Shown piece after piece: positions 48,152 through 60,400 of a DNA stretch of 64,000 nt (positions are counted from its first letter, which is position 1; every line of letters starts with the position of its first letter). The position numbers and the translations under genes are program-made. A model generated the notes under the pieces. That model was not told the origin of the DNA and ran no database searches. It saw only the letters and a list, made by a program, of their open reading frames with translations. Source of the DNA: Candidatus Poseidonia alphae. GTDB taxonomy: Archaea > Thermoplasmatota > Poseidoniia > Poseidoniales > Poseidoniaceae. Location: assembly GCA_002505405.1 (NCBI GenBank), contig DAVD01000012.1, positions 39,809-103,808 on the forward strand, in the 5' to 3' direction.

Positions 48152-48814
48152 TCAAGGCCATTCCACAATTTCCCACTGGTATGAGTGCGCGTGCTTTCGT
48201 AGAGACCCTTCTGGGTTAACAGCAATTGCATGCCCGCAGAGCTTCATAAACCACGAATCTGCAAGGGTATTTCCATATCCATAACATTGACTGAGGTCGT
48301 GATTGTTTTCCCTCGCATCCAATTCCACTACGGGGACTTTGCCTTTGCGACGGGGGACGCTCCAACCCCGCTCAGAACCTGACAAAATGCCTGTTCGCTC
48401 GCTTGGCCCGCAACCGTACACTGCGTCCATGTTGAGAACCTGAGCCATCGCTTCAGCCATGGGAGCAACGGTAGCCGTAACAAGGATCAAACGGTGGCCT
48501 TGATCACGATGCCACTGCAGTCGTTCCCAAGCTCCCGCTGAAACATGTTCTTTCAAGACATGTTCAGCCAAGTGCTCTGAATAGTTCTCAAGGACTTCCC
48601 ATGACGCTAGAGATAGGTGGCCGCGGTTTCGGGCCGCATCGTAAACAGAACGACCTCGTAATAAATTGGTCAAAAAACCAGATGTCCATGCTACTGCACC
48701 CCATGGAATACGCCATGGACGACGTTTAGCGAGATGAGCCGTGAGGGTTTTTTCGCTGGACGCATTGAGGAGCGTTCCATCGAGGTCGAAATAAGCAGCG
48801 ATTTGCCCCTCCAT
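48152..48814 (-). CDS. HAD-IB family hydrolase (SerB-like)
   Basis: FDLDGTL, LVTAT, K, YGNTLAD (first motif-IV Asp replaced by Asn), AVNP. Confidence 0.85.
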   Translation of the reverse strand: MEGQIAAYFDLDGTLLNASSEKTLTAHLAKRRPWRIPWGAVAWTSGFLTNLLRGRSVYDAARNRGHLSLASWEVLENYSEHLAEHVLKEHVSAGAWERLQWHRDQGHRLILVTATVAPMAEAMAQVLNMDAVYGCGPSERTGILSGSERGWSVPRRKGKVPVVELDARENNHDLSQCYGYGNTLADSWFMKLCGHAIAVNPEGSLRKHAHSYQWEIVEWP

Positions 48815-48863
48815 ATTGGTGCTGATGAGCGGGCCCTACATGAGACAAACCCACAATTCTCCT

Positions 48864-49151
48864 TTATTGGCTTGATTTTTTAGAAGGCTCATCGCCAATC
48901 AAACCGTACACGCGGCGACCAGCACGATGGTCCTGCCACCACGTGAGGGTGGCACCAAGATGTCGTGTGATGAAGAAACCTACTTTTCTTGGAGTAAGGC
49001 CGTGGTTGCGCATCCCTTGATCGTGGTTCAAATTAGCGACGATGGCTTGGGCAGAACAGCCTGGATTCGCTGAAACAAAATGTCGAACCTCACGACACAT
49101 ACGGTTGAATCGTGCTCTTTTTTGACTGCCTATACCTGTCCTGTTTGACAT
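48864..49151 (-). CDS. Small basic hypothetical protein, possibly winged-helix DNA-binding
   Basis: NPGCSAQAIVANL...LTPRKVGFFI...RRVYGL. Confidence 0.6.
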   Translation of the reverse strand: MSNRTGIGSQKRARFNRMCREVRHFVSANPGCSAQAIVANLNHDQGMRNHGLTPRKVGFFITRHLGATLTWWQDHRAGRRVYGLIGDEPSKKSSQ

Positions 49152-49196
49152 AAACGGCAAAATCTTGTTGAACCGTTATCAAAGATTCGTTGGGGG

Positions 49197-49559
49197 TTAC
49201 TCGAACGAAACGGATTGGGTGGTCTTCCAGTTAGCCGTGGCTAACTTCTTGGCTTTTCCATCAGCGATGATCGGGTGAATCTTGTTGAGCCGTCCGTGCA
49301 TTCCATGGACGTGAAACTTCACGCGCAGTTCTGCTGCTCGGTCTCGGTGAAGGGCTTCGTCTTGCTCATCGTCGAGTTCGACTGAAGCAAGTTCATGGCC
49401 TTGATTTGCGCAACGCACAGAAAGGGTGTTGTTTGCATAGAAGAGCGAGGGCCTGAAGTCCCAGTCGTCTGGATCATTCATCCAAACGGAGAGGTCAACA
49501 GACAAGGCGTCTCGAATCGTAACTCGGCTGACTTCAACTGTATCGACCATGATGACCAT
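49197..49559 (-). CDS. Hypothetical protein
   Basis: 120 aa ORF filling the gap in a same-strand gene run. Confidence 0.65.
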   Translation of the reverse strand: MVIMVDTVEVSRVTIRDALSVDLSVWMNDPDDWDFRPSLFYANNTLSVRCANQGHELASVELDDEQDEALHRDRAAELRVKFHVHGMHGRLNKIHPIIADGKAKKLATANWKTTQSVSFE

Positions 49560-49597
49560 TCCTTTCCAAGGCGCCCCTCTTCATACACCTTTCTCTT

Positions 49598-50788
49598 TCA
49601 AACGCTGGAATCGCTGACGGCTACTTCCGATAAAGAAGGCCTCATAACGGTGATTTTAACGCTCAAAACCCAATCGTTCCCCGGGTCGGGGTCTGGCTCT
49701 CCAAATATTGAATCGGGGTCGGATTGTTGAGCAACAACCGACCAAATCCATTCGCCTTGGCCGGTTCGGTTTCCTCGGTCACCCAACAAGAAATTCAACA
49801 ACTCTTCCTCTGAATCCGATACGAACAAACCTTCTTCACCTGGTGAATTCATTTCATCAAGCGACATTTCAGCCGTTGCGGGTTCATTGGTGGTGTAATT
49901 TCCGGCTTGGGTTTGAGCAGTTTTTCTATAATTATCATCAACGATATGGAGGACCAGTGAGAAGTTATCGTGTGGAGGTGCAATGTCTCGATCGAGTTCC
50001 AACAAAGCGTCAAAGGCGATGATGCGCCCGTTTTCGCCTGGTGTCAGATTCCCTTCCCATGTCTGACCCTGTTCAAGATACTCGTCCCAGGAAATGTCAA
50101 TGGTTTCAGTGACCCAGACAACGTTGAACGTACGTGTTGTGATGTTCAATTCAAACGATTCTATCGCAAATGCTCCATCGCTGTCATCGATTCGAAGAAT
50201 GCCATGAATCATGCCTGAAGTTGTTGTATCAAAGAGAACTTCGGGCGTTAAAGCGTCCAAATCATTGAGTGGGTCTCCGTCTCCATTGGTATCGACCTTG
50301 ATGTCAAAGTCCCAAGAGAAGGCCATTTGCCCGCCTTCCGGGTCGTAAGATTCCGAGGCATCGAACAGGGCTGAATCTCCAGCGCGAACCGATGTGGGCA
50401 TGCTGATGTTGATGACCGGCGCTCCGTTAACCAAAACAGTCGCAACGGCATCGTCGGTTCCGCCTTGGTCGTTGGTAACGGTCAAACGAACGATGTATTG
50501 CCCGTGATTTGGGAACGCATGAGAGGTGAAACCCACTACGGTTTCGGCGGTTGAGCCGTCACCAAAGTCCCAACTGTAGCCGGTGATGATTCCCTCAACA
50601 GCGGAGGAGTCTCGAGCGTCCAAGGTTACCATTTCGCCTTCTTGAATGAGGGTTGGGTAGGCTTCCAATGTGGCCCGAGGAGAAACCGTTGTGTCCAAGG
50701 CTTGCAAGCAACCGGACAGCAATGAAATGAGAACAAAGCCAACGGCAAAGGCGGTTGACACCTTTGTTCGCTTTAGGGAATGCTTCAT
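49598..50788 (-). CDS. PKD-domain lipoprotein
   Basis: Lipobox LSGC; YSWDFGDG, LTVTND; second PKD-like FSWDFD. Confidence 0.85.
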   Translation of the reverse strand: MKHSLKRTKVSTAFAVGFVLISLLSGCLQALDTTVSPRATLEAYPTLIQEGEMVTLDARDSSAVEGIITGYSWDFGDGSTAETVVGFTSHAFPNHGQYIVRLTVTNDQGGTDDAVATVLVNGAPVINISMPTSVRAGDSALFDASESYDPEGGQMAFSWDFDIKVDTNGDGDPLNDLDALTPEVLFDTTTSGMIHGILRIDDSDGAFAIESFELNITTRTFNVVWVTETIDISWDEYLEQGQTWEGNLTPGENGRIIAFDALLELDRDIAPPHDNFSLVLHIVDDNYRKTAQTQAGNYTTNEPATAEMSLDEMNSPGEEGLFVSDSEEELLNFLLGDRGNRTGQGEWIWSVVAQQSDPDSIFGEPDPDPGNDWVLSVKITVMRPSLSEVAVSDSSV

Positions 50789-50834
50789 GTTAGAAACGAC
50801 CGGCCCATCCTTTCTAACTGTTCGGTTGAAGTGA

Positions 50835-51224
50835 TTAAACAGAAGCCCTGTTTTCATGCCCGTCGAAGACGACGGTTTCGGATATATCCCCTTCGACCAT
50901 TGCATCTTCATAGGGGTCTTCAACCTCTGACACATCATGGATTTCAACCTCATCTTGATGGGTAAATGACGGTGATGTACCTTCACTGAGCAAGTCTTCA
51001 ATTTGAGCCTGACTGGCATCATAAGGCGCTGGAACGCTGTTCGCTAAGGGCTCCAAGACCGGGTCGTCTTCTTCGAACAGGGCGAGGGCTTCCGTTGCGC
51101 GTTTTTCCTGAGTGTGATGGAAGGTGGTCATGTCCTCCTCCAATACCGCAGGCTCTACAACAGGCGTATTACCTACAGAATCGGTTCTTCCTATGACTTG
51201 ATTCAACCAACTTCGAAGCCCCAT
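50835..51224 (-). CDS. Acidic, low-complexity hypothetical protein
   Basis: 129 aa, D/E-rich, amphipathic N-terminus MGLRSWLNQVIG. Confidence 0.6.
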   Translation of the reverse strand: MGLRSWLNQVIGRTDSVGNTPVVEPAVLEEDMTTFHHTQEKRATEALALFEEDDPVLEPLANSVPAPYDASQAQIEDLLSEGTSPSFTHQDEVEIHDVSEVEDPYEDAMVEGDISETVVFDGHENRASV

Positions 51225-51290
51225 ATTCCGCCCAAGGGCTCATCGGGTTTGAGAGTGATGTTCAAAGAGGAGCAGTTGCGGTGAAATGTC

Positions 51291-52106
51291 ATGGGGCAAG
51301 ACCTTTTCCAAGGCGAAAAAGTTCTGGCCTTTGACCTTGAGACCACCGGGGTATCAACACAAGAGGACAAGATTGTCCAACTCGCTTTGATCGGCAGTGC
51401 TATCGATGGAACAGCGGTCAACTTCGAACGCTTGGTCAACCCAAAACGCTCCATACCCTATGATGCAAGTCGAATCCACGGGATTTACGACAGAGATGTT
51501 CGCAGCTTACAAGGGTTTGAAGCCGTGGCTGACGAGGTCGCTGAATTGATTGAAGGCGCTGTTTTAGTAGGCCACAATGTCAGAAAATTTGATTTCGCCA
51601 TGCTAGAAAAGGAATTTCTCCGGCTCGGTAGACTTTGTCCGCAACCTAAGGCGATTATGGATACGCTTGAACTGGTCCGGAGACTCAAGATTCCAAGACC
51701 TCACAATCTTGGCTCACTTTGCAGCCGGCACGGAATTCGTCTGGAAGCCGCACATACTGCCGCTGCAGATGCTGCTGCAACGCTGTTGCTGTTTTGGCGA
51801 CTCTCCGTTGAACATTCTCCAGCGTTCCGAAGGTCAATCCCCGAACTTGAACGATGGATTGTTCACGGCGAAGGAAACACGGACGCTTCGGAACTTGGCA
51901 GAGGTTTGAACGACTTGGAACCGGTGGATTCCTTAGGAAAAGTTCGTCGCGATGGTGCCCATTACGTTGTCTCTTTTGGCCGTCACAGAGGAAAACATCT
52001 TTCTGAAATTCAAGCAATAGACCCCGGTTATGTCGGGTGGTTGCTTTCCCCTAATGGAATCGAATGCGAAGATACGCGGCAATTGTTGCGCGAACATCTA
52101 CGCTGA
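51291..52106 (+). CDS. DEDDh 3'-5' exonuclease (DnaQ-like) with an ExoX-C-like C-terminal domain
   Basis: FDLETTG, GHNVRKFD, HTAAAD; SFGRHRGKHLSEI. Confidence 0.9.
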   Translation: MGQDLFQGEKVLAFDLETTGVSTQEDKIVQLALIGSAIDGTAVNFERLVNPKRSIPYDASRIHGIYDRDVRSLQGFEAVADEVAELIEGAVLVGHNVRKFDFAMLEKEFLRLGRLCPQPKAIMDTLELVRRLKIPRPHNLGSLCSRHGIRLEAAHTAAADAAATLLLFWRLSVEHSPAFRRSIPELERWIVHGEGNTDASELGRGLNDLEPVDSLGKVRRDGAHYVVSFGRHRGKHLSEIQAIDPGYVGWLLSPNGIECEDTRQLLREHLR

Positions 52107-53282
52107 GAGGGGCTCGTACGGTTCGCCGTCCGGCAAAGGATTCCACGGAAGAACATCACACCACGGACCAACTCGCCAGGAACGTCGAGCCGTCATGATC
52201 GACCCGAGAAACAGCGGCCCTTGGTAGCCTTGAGTTCGCAATTCTTCGAGAGCATCTTTTCCACGACCGTCGAATTTTGCTGAAACTCGGTTGCCTGTTG
52301 GGATTGCTCGTCCGGTCTCATCCAATGGTTCGCAAAGTTCCACAACGCCGACACCGCTGACGTCGTCGTATTGATGCAAAAGGACGACGGCATCGCTGAA
52401 ATCATCTTTGTGAAGGGTGCCGGACTCTTTGCGCCAAGTCCACCAGTGCGGGCACCACGCCTTCCAATCGCAGAACCCTCCACAACTGTCCGGTCCAGGG
52501 GTTGGCTCCATGGGAATGGGGGTGGCTTGCGTTGCCTCCCAAGCAGCGTATGCGTCTTCGAGGACGCTTGGCCCTAGAGCAGCCCACTTGCTTGCTGTTT
52601 TGGTGTACCATCCTTCAGTACGAACCGGTGGCGCGCTTGGATTGTTAGCGAGAAGAATGTCCCGATACATTCGGAGTTGGCGATTTACTTCGGTCTTCAG
52701 TTCCTTTGTTGGTGCGTTGCCAGTTTTTAGGTCTGCAACCAGCCAGCCTTTCATCGTGCCATCCTCGGCCATATCTGCGAACAATAAATCCAAGCGGCCC
52801 ATTAGACGGCCGTCACTGGTTTTGAGTTCGCCCTCTACGGCGATGGTGAGTTGTTGCAATCGCTTCCAAAGGGCAACGGTGATGTCTTCATGGGGCAGTT
52901 CACGCGCCCCTAAGTGGTCAAGCAAGAGAATAACGCCCCCTCGTTGTTGTTTGAGCGCTTCCTTCCATTTGTCTTCTTTCCAATTGGGGCGTCTGGGCGT
53001 AGCCATGAACACTGCCTTTTCCTCTTCCCAACGTATCTTGAGAACACGCTCTGCCTCACGGGGCAACCATCCTGCTTCCTTATCCCCGCGTCCTGAAAGG
53101 TCCAAGTTGAGCAAATCTTCAATCGAAGCGTGGACTGCGGTTCCAAGCGAGGCCGCCATTCCCGCCTTCCGTGGGAGGCGTTGTCGGCTGAGCCAATACA
53201 TCCTCGGACAAGTCTCGTAGCGATTCCATGCGGAAGGCGAAAGGCTGTGTGGACGTGGCGAAGGAGTTTCGTCAGCGCTCAT
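52098..53282 (-). CDS. Stand-alone PD-(D/E)XK nuclease (RecB/Cas4-like) with Fe-S cysteines
   Basis: LSPSAWNRYETCP, GTAVH, E...GRLD...DLKTG, QLRMY, CGGFCDWKAWC. Confidence 0.85.
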   Translation of the reverse strand: MSADETPSPRPHSLSPSAWNRYETCPRMYWLSRQRLPRKAGMAASLGTAVHASIEDLLNLDLSGRGDKEAGWLPREAERVLKIRWEEEKAVFMATPRRPNWKEDKWKEALKQQRGGVILLLDHLGARELPHEDITVALWKRLQQLTIAVEGELKTSDGRLMGRLDLLFADMAEDGTMKGWLVADLKTGNAPTKELKTEVNRQLRMYRDILLANNPSAPPVRTEGWYTKTASKWAALGPSVLEDAYAAWEATQATPIPMEPTPGPDSCGGFCDWKAWCPHWWTWRKESGTLHKDDFSDAVVLLHQYDDVSGVGVVELCEPLDETGRAIPTGNRVSAKFDGRGKDALEELRTQGYQGPLFLGSIMTARRSWRVGPWCDVLPWNPLPDGEPYEPLSA

Positions 53283-53367
53283 GGCTGTTGGTGAACCTTG
53301 TCAATGATGAAGCCTTTGATGTCATGGAGCCAAAGCGTTGAAGGCGCACGGTCCGTTAGGGGAACTC

Positions 53368-54171
53368 ATGGATGGCCCAAGTCTTCGAATCAATACCATT
53401 ATTGAACAAGAGAATACCATGGTTATTGCTTGCTTCCCAAGTGTTGGAATGGTTTCCAGTATTGTAGCTCACTACCTCATCGACCATTTGGAATTGGAGT
53501 TCGTCGGCGGTCTCGTCGATGACCGCCTACCTACCCTTTCTTTGATTCAAGAAGGTGTTCCCTTGCCCCCAATCCGGGCCTATGCTGGGAAGCCTCAGTG
53601 CAGCATTGATGGCTGTGACCAGGTGATTCTGCTCATGAGTGAAATGGTTGTTCCCGAACCTCTCGTTCACAAGATCGTATGGGCTTTGTTTGAGTGGTCC
53701 AAGGAGCACAAAGTATTGGCTGGTATCGTTATTGATGCATTCGCTAAGGCGGGCATGAAGAGCAATATGGACGGTGTTGAGCCCGTTGTCGAATACGAAG
53801 ACACAGACGGTATCGATGTTGTCGGGATCGGATGCAACGAGACCGTTCGAGATATGCTCAAAGAAATGAATATCCCTCTGCTCCAACAAGGAGTCATCCG
53901 TGGAATGAATGCTGGCATCCTAAGCGAAGCAACCCGCAGGGGCCTGGGCACCATGTCCATCATGGTCGAAGCTGACCCTCGTTGGCCCGACGCTCGTGCT
54001 GCAGCAGTACTCATTGAGAAACTGAATACGCTTCTCCCAAGCATTGACCTTCCAAACCAGCCACTGATCGAAGAAGCTGAGAAACTTGAAGCACAACTCA
54101 AAGCACTCATGGACAGTGCTGGAAAAAGCGAAGACAGTTCTCCCAGTACCAACGCTATGCTTTACGGTTGA
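53368..54171 (+). CDS. PAC2-family proteasome assembly chaperone, second paralog
   Basis: FPSVGMVSSIVA, PPIRAY, PDARAA. Confidence 0.85.
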   Translation: MDGPSLRINTIIEQENTMVIACFPSVGMVSSIVAHYLIDHLELEFVGGLVDDRLPTLSLIQEGVPLPPIRAYAGKPQCSIDGCDQVILLMSEMVVPEPLVHKIVWALFEWSKEHKVLAGIVIDAFAKAGMKSNMDGVEPVVEYEDTDGIDVVGIGCNETVRDMLKEMNIPLLQQGVIRGMNAGILSEATRRGLGTMSIMVEADPRWPDARAAAVLIEKLNTLLPSIDLPNQPLIEEAEKLEAQLKALMDSAGKSEDSSPSTNAMLYG

Positions 54172-54176
54172 ATTCA

Positions 54177-56414
<2,238 letters not shown>

Positions 56415-56843
56415 TCAATCAAACTTCAAAGCAACAAATTCGCTGTTCTCCAACGGGCAACGCGTCATGATGGCTTCGGTGAGCAAACGAAGGTGAAGTT
56501 CGGCCACGACATGGACCGTTGCTTCGAACATATGGCCTGCATGAGGCGTGAGATTATCGTCTGAAAAGGTAGCATGCAAGTGGGTGAACGCGTCGCCATT
56601 CTCACGCCGTGCTAAGTTGCCTTGGAGCGTTACAAGTTCGCTACCGCCCGTGATGGTTCGTCGATGGTAATGATGGTCGTCGTCCATGTAGCCGTAAGTA
56701 CTGTCCCGTGTCCTTCCAATACCACTGGTAATCGCTGCAGCATCAAACCCGATTTCGTCGGCTAGCGTTTGCAGTGAGGCATGAATTTCCTCACCGGGGT
56801 CAAGTCGTAAAAAAACATCATCGCCACTTCGTGTCCATTCCAT
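56415..56843 (-). CDS. PPC/DUF296 domain protein
   Basis: RLDPGEEI, SGIG, ELVTLQGN, HLH, GH. Confidence 0.85.
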   Translation of the reverse strand: MEWTRSGDDVFLRLDPGEEIHASLQTLADEIGFDAAAITSGIGRTRDSTYGYMDDDHHYHRRTITGGSELVTLQGNLARRENGDAFTHLHATFSDDNLTPHAGHMFEATVHVVAELHLRLLTEAIMTRCPLENSEFVALKFD

Positions 56844-56881
56844 AACACCGCTAGGCGTCGGCACTCCAAGAGAATAACGCT

Positions 56882-57451
56882 TCATTCTTCTTGATCGCCA
56901 ACGAAACGCTTCTGAGAACGCGACTGCTCCATGGCCAGAATGTATTCTTTGGCCGTCCCCAACGAAGTAGGATCTCCGCCAAGCGGAAGGGGGCCAAACG
57001 GGCCCCATCCATTTCGCAGGAGCATGATTCTGCGTTTTGGTTGACGCTTAGCAAGTCTGAGTCGCTCCCAAGCATAGCTTTGGCCGTCCGCAAAAAGATG
57101 GGTTGAGGTGATCGCGTATCGTTTAGGAACGGTCAGAGAAATGAGATGAAGGCAAAGAAGCACATCCCATACAATCGCGTAGATGACCGGAGTGTTGCTC
57201 GCCTCAAGCAAGCCCCACGGCAGAACCATCATCGCTGCCATTGAACCAAGATTCCCCCATTGCCGAATCAATTCATGGCTCCCCTCGCTTTTCCATGCAA
57301 AGCCTCCGTTAGCGAGCATTCCTAATTCCGGAATATCCCTCCGTTGCCGCGTCAACCAAAAGGCATCCCAAGCAAGTATGACTGCAAGAATACCTACCGC
57401 AGCGAACGCCATTTGTTCGGGCGTTGGTAGAAAGGAGGTCAACCGTTCCAC
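56882..57451 (-). CDS. Three-TM membrane protein with a C-terminal soluble (PH-like) region
   Basis: Hydrophobic helices followed by YAITSTHLFADGQSYAWE. Confidence 0.7.
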   Translation of the reverse strand: MERLTSFLPTPEQMAFAAVGILAVILAWDAFWLTRQRRDIPELGMLANGGFAWKSEGSHELIRQWGNLGSMAAMMVLPWGLLEASNTPVIYAIVWDVLLCLHLISLTVPKRYAITSTHLFADGQSYAWERLRLAKRQPKRRIMLLRNGWGPFGPLPLGGDPTSLGTAKEYILAMEQSRSQKRFVGDQEE

Positions 57452-57454
57452 TCC

Positions 57455-60400
57455 TCAAAGGTGAGTTTCGTCGATGGATGTAAATTCACCCGGGCCACCT
57501 TTCCGGAGTCGAGCGAAGAACATCAATACGGCAATACCAAACAATGTTACAACAAGCATGATGGCATTGATGTTATCGTTGCCTGAATCCGCTTCGACCC
57601 CTTCAAGACTGTCCGGAATACCATCACCATCATCATCCATATCAACGGTCAGCCAAGAGGTCACTCCCTCCGGGCAGTTGAGGTCGTCCGGCTGGGTATC
57701 TCCATCGGTGTCCAAATAAGCACATCCATCCAATGGGAAGGCATCTTTCACGTCGGTAAATCCGTCGTTATCATCATCCAAATCGTAAATATCTGGGCCA
57801 CAGGTTCGCCCAAGTGTTGAGTCGAACCAAGTGTCAGACTGACATGTGCTCAACCAATCGAGGTCGGTATCAAGCAATGTATATTCAATATCAACAGAGG
57901 TTGAGGATGACAACCCATAGGAATCGGTCGCTGTAACTTCAACAACATAGAACCCTGCTGTTAGATCGGTGATGTTGAACACTGGTTCGTTTCCATTCTG
58001 GAGGACAGCGTTGCCTGAAACATCGTAAACTTTCCATGAAATGATGATGCTTTCTACGCCGTCGATGTCGTCTTGAACGTGAACTGCAGCTCGAATAGAA
58101 TCGCCTTCCATCACACGTCCACCAGCCATTGGTTCGGTAAGTTCAGCGGTTGGTGCCTGATTGACAACGAGTGAAATCACAACGTTACGGTCCGCTGTTG
58201 CAAGTGATTCAACAAAGATTGAGGCTGACGGGGACCCTGCGGAGGTGGCGGTAAAGGATGCTGCAGTTGCAGTAGAATCGGATGAATCCGTTATCATTCG
58301 AACGATAATTTCAGCATCTATGGTCGTTCCCATAAGGTGCATCTCTGGTAGAGATGAGTTTGGGAATTGAACGGTGAACTCAGCATTCAGTGGAATTCCA
58401 TTGCGCTGCGCGTCAAGAACAAAGGTACGGTAAGCGTTGAAACTGCCGCCTTCCGAGACTTCAATTCCATTATGACTTCCATCCACTAGGTCAACATGAG
58501 CACCGTAATTCTCAACCAGACCGAGAAGATTCGTATCTTCGAACCGAACATCGTAGCCCTCTGTCGAAAGTGAGGTGCTGGCGGTAATGGAACTGGAACG
58601 AACGACGAGGGGCGTTGCCTGTTCGTCAGCGTCAAGATGCAAACCTAGCCCTACTGCGAATTGCTCAATGGTCACGTTGGTAAGGTACAGAGGATCCAAA
58701 GAACGCCCGTGATGGAAAACTACGGCTGTCCCTGAACCATCGCCTGAAAGGTGAACGTTCGTGATGGTTCCAGCACTTCGGTCAATATCGATTCCTGGTG
58801 CGCCTGTGAGATTGATGTCTTGGAGGTTGAGTGCTTTGTTTTCTGAGCCAATGATTCCTCCAAGTCCTCCTGTCACTCCGTTGACGTCAGAAAGGGCAAA
58901 GGTTCCATCGATTGAACTGAGAGAAATGAGGGACCCTGTTCCGCTGAATGCATGTGCATGGACTCCGTCAACCTGACCTGTAACTCCGGTCAAGTCCAAA
59001 CCTTGTTCAATTCCACCGCCCAGCGTTATCTTTGATACGGAGAGGGAGGTTTGACGCGCCCACAACCCAGGTCCACCGCAATCGGAAAGCGTCACGTTGG
59101 ACATCGAGAAGATACCGGTTGATTGGAACACCCTGAGGCAGCCGTTTCCTGCGTCTTGAAGGTGGGAGTCTCTCAATTGGACCTCGGCATTGCTACCTGT
59201 TTCAACGGTGATGAGGCTCTCCGATGCGGAGCGGGCGAAGAACACGCCGTTAGCACTGAAAGAGCCGTCACCGTTGATGCGTACGGCAGGAGCGGCTTCA
59301 ACAACTGTTGCACCCGCAAGGTCAATTGAGGCCCCTGCAGAATCTCCGAGAATGAGGCCACCCCAACGTGCACCTGAACCGGTTGATGCAAGCGTTGCTT
59401 CATCGACATCCATTGTACCGTTCACGGTAATGGTGGCGTCATTGGACACGCGCAGCGATACGCCATCTTGAACGGTCATGGTCGCATCTTTTGATAGGAT
59501 AAGGGATGATGAGAGCGTGTATGGACTCCATTGCTTTTCAAGAATCAACCAATCGTTAACGGTTCCAGACGGTAGAGTTGAGGCCATGAAGGTGTGTTCA
59601 AACGATACGTTCGTATCCCAAGAGATGAAATCGAGAAGACCGTTTGCTGAAATGGTTAACATCACTGTTCCGTACCAGTTTTCACCTGAACTATCAACAA
59701 CAAGCGATGGGTGGGATAGGAAGCCATACCCGTTACTGTTGGTTTGAGTGGTTGCTCCTGCAACAGAAATCAACGCACCTTCAACCGGAGACCCTTTGTC
59801 GAGAACCGTCACGTATGCCTGAGAAAAGGATTCGAATTTTGCATCGTTTAGAACCGACACTTGAGTCGGAATTCGCCCTTCGTTTTGGCGAACCTCGCAA
59901 TAAGGCTGTAGTGCAAGGCTGCCGTCGAAATGAATTCCATTAACCTGTTTTTGAACGGCACAATTCCACGTTACATCGCCGTCAATTGTCAAGAATGACT
60001 CTTCATCAACGACGCTTGATAGCGCTCCAAGGCGTCCTTGAGGAGATACAGAAAGCGAGGGTGCTTCAATTGTACTTGCTTCACCCTCTAACACGCCAGT
60101 GCCGAGAAGAGAAACGGATTCTGAAGCAGGTACGATGAGCACCGTATTCATGAGCGTCAACTGGGCTCCGTCTGAAATCGTAAGACTGCCCGTAAGTTGG
60201 TGGGATGCTCCGTCGGGGCGAGGGCCTAAGATGACCACTTTGCTCGATGGAATGGTCCAATCCCCGGCTGGAATGATTGGAACCTGAACGGACTGACCGA
60301 TGTAGCCGCCCGTAAGAACAACACGAACACCGGCTCCTTGGTACGTAGCATCGATGAGGGAGCCTGAAGATGAAAGAGGGAGCGTCAGTGCGCCGTTTGA

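Noticed and set aside
52417..53220. Long antisense ORFs (also 23060..23785, 37783..38478, 44821..45447)
   Set aside because: Shadows of well-supported genes on the opposite strand
52098..53282. Cas4-like nuclease as evidence of a CRISPR-Cas system
   Set aside because: No repeat-spacer array or cas1/cas2 seen in the window
39530..54171. Two PAC2-family genes as a novelty
   Set aside because: Two paralogs (PbaA/PbaB type) are common in archaea
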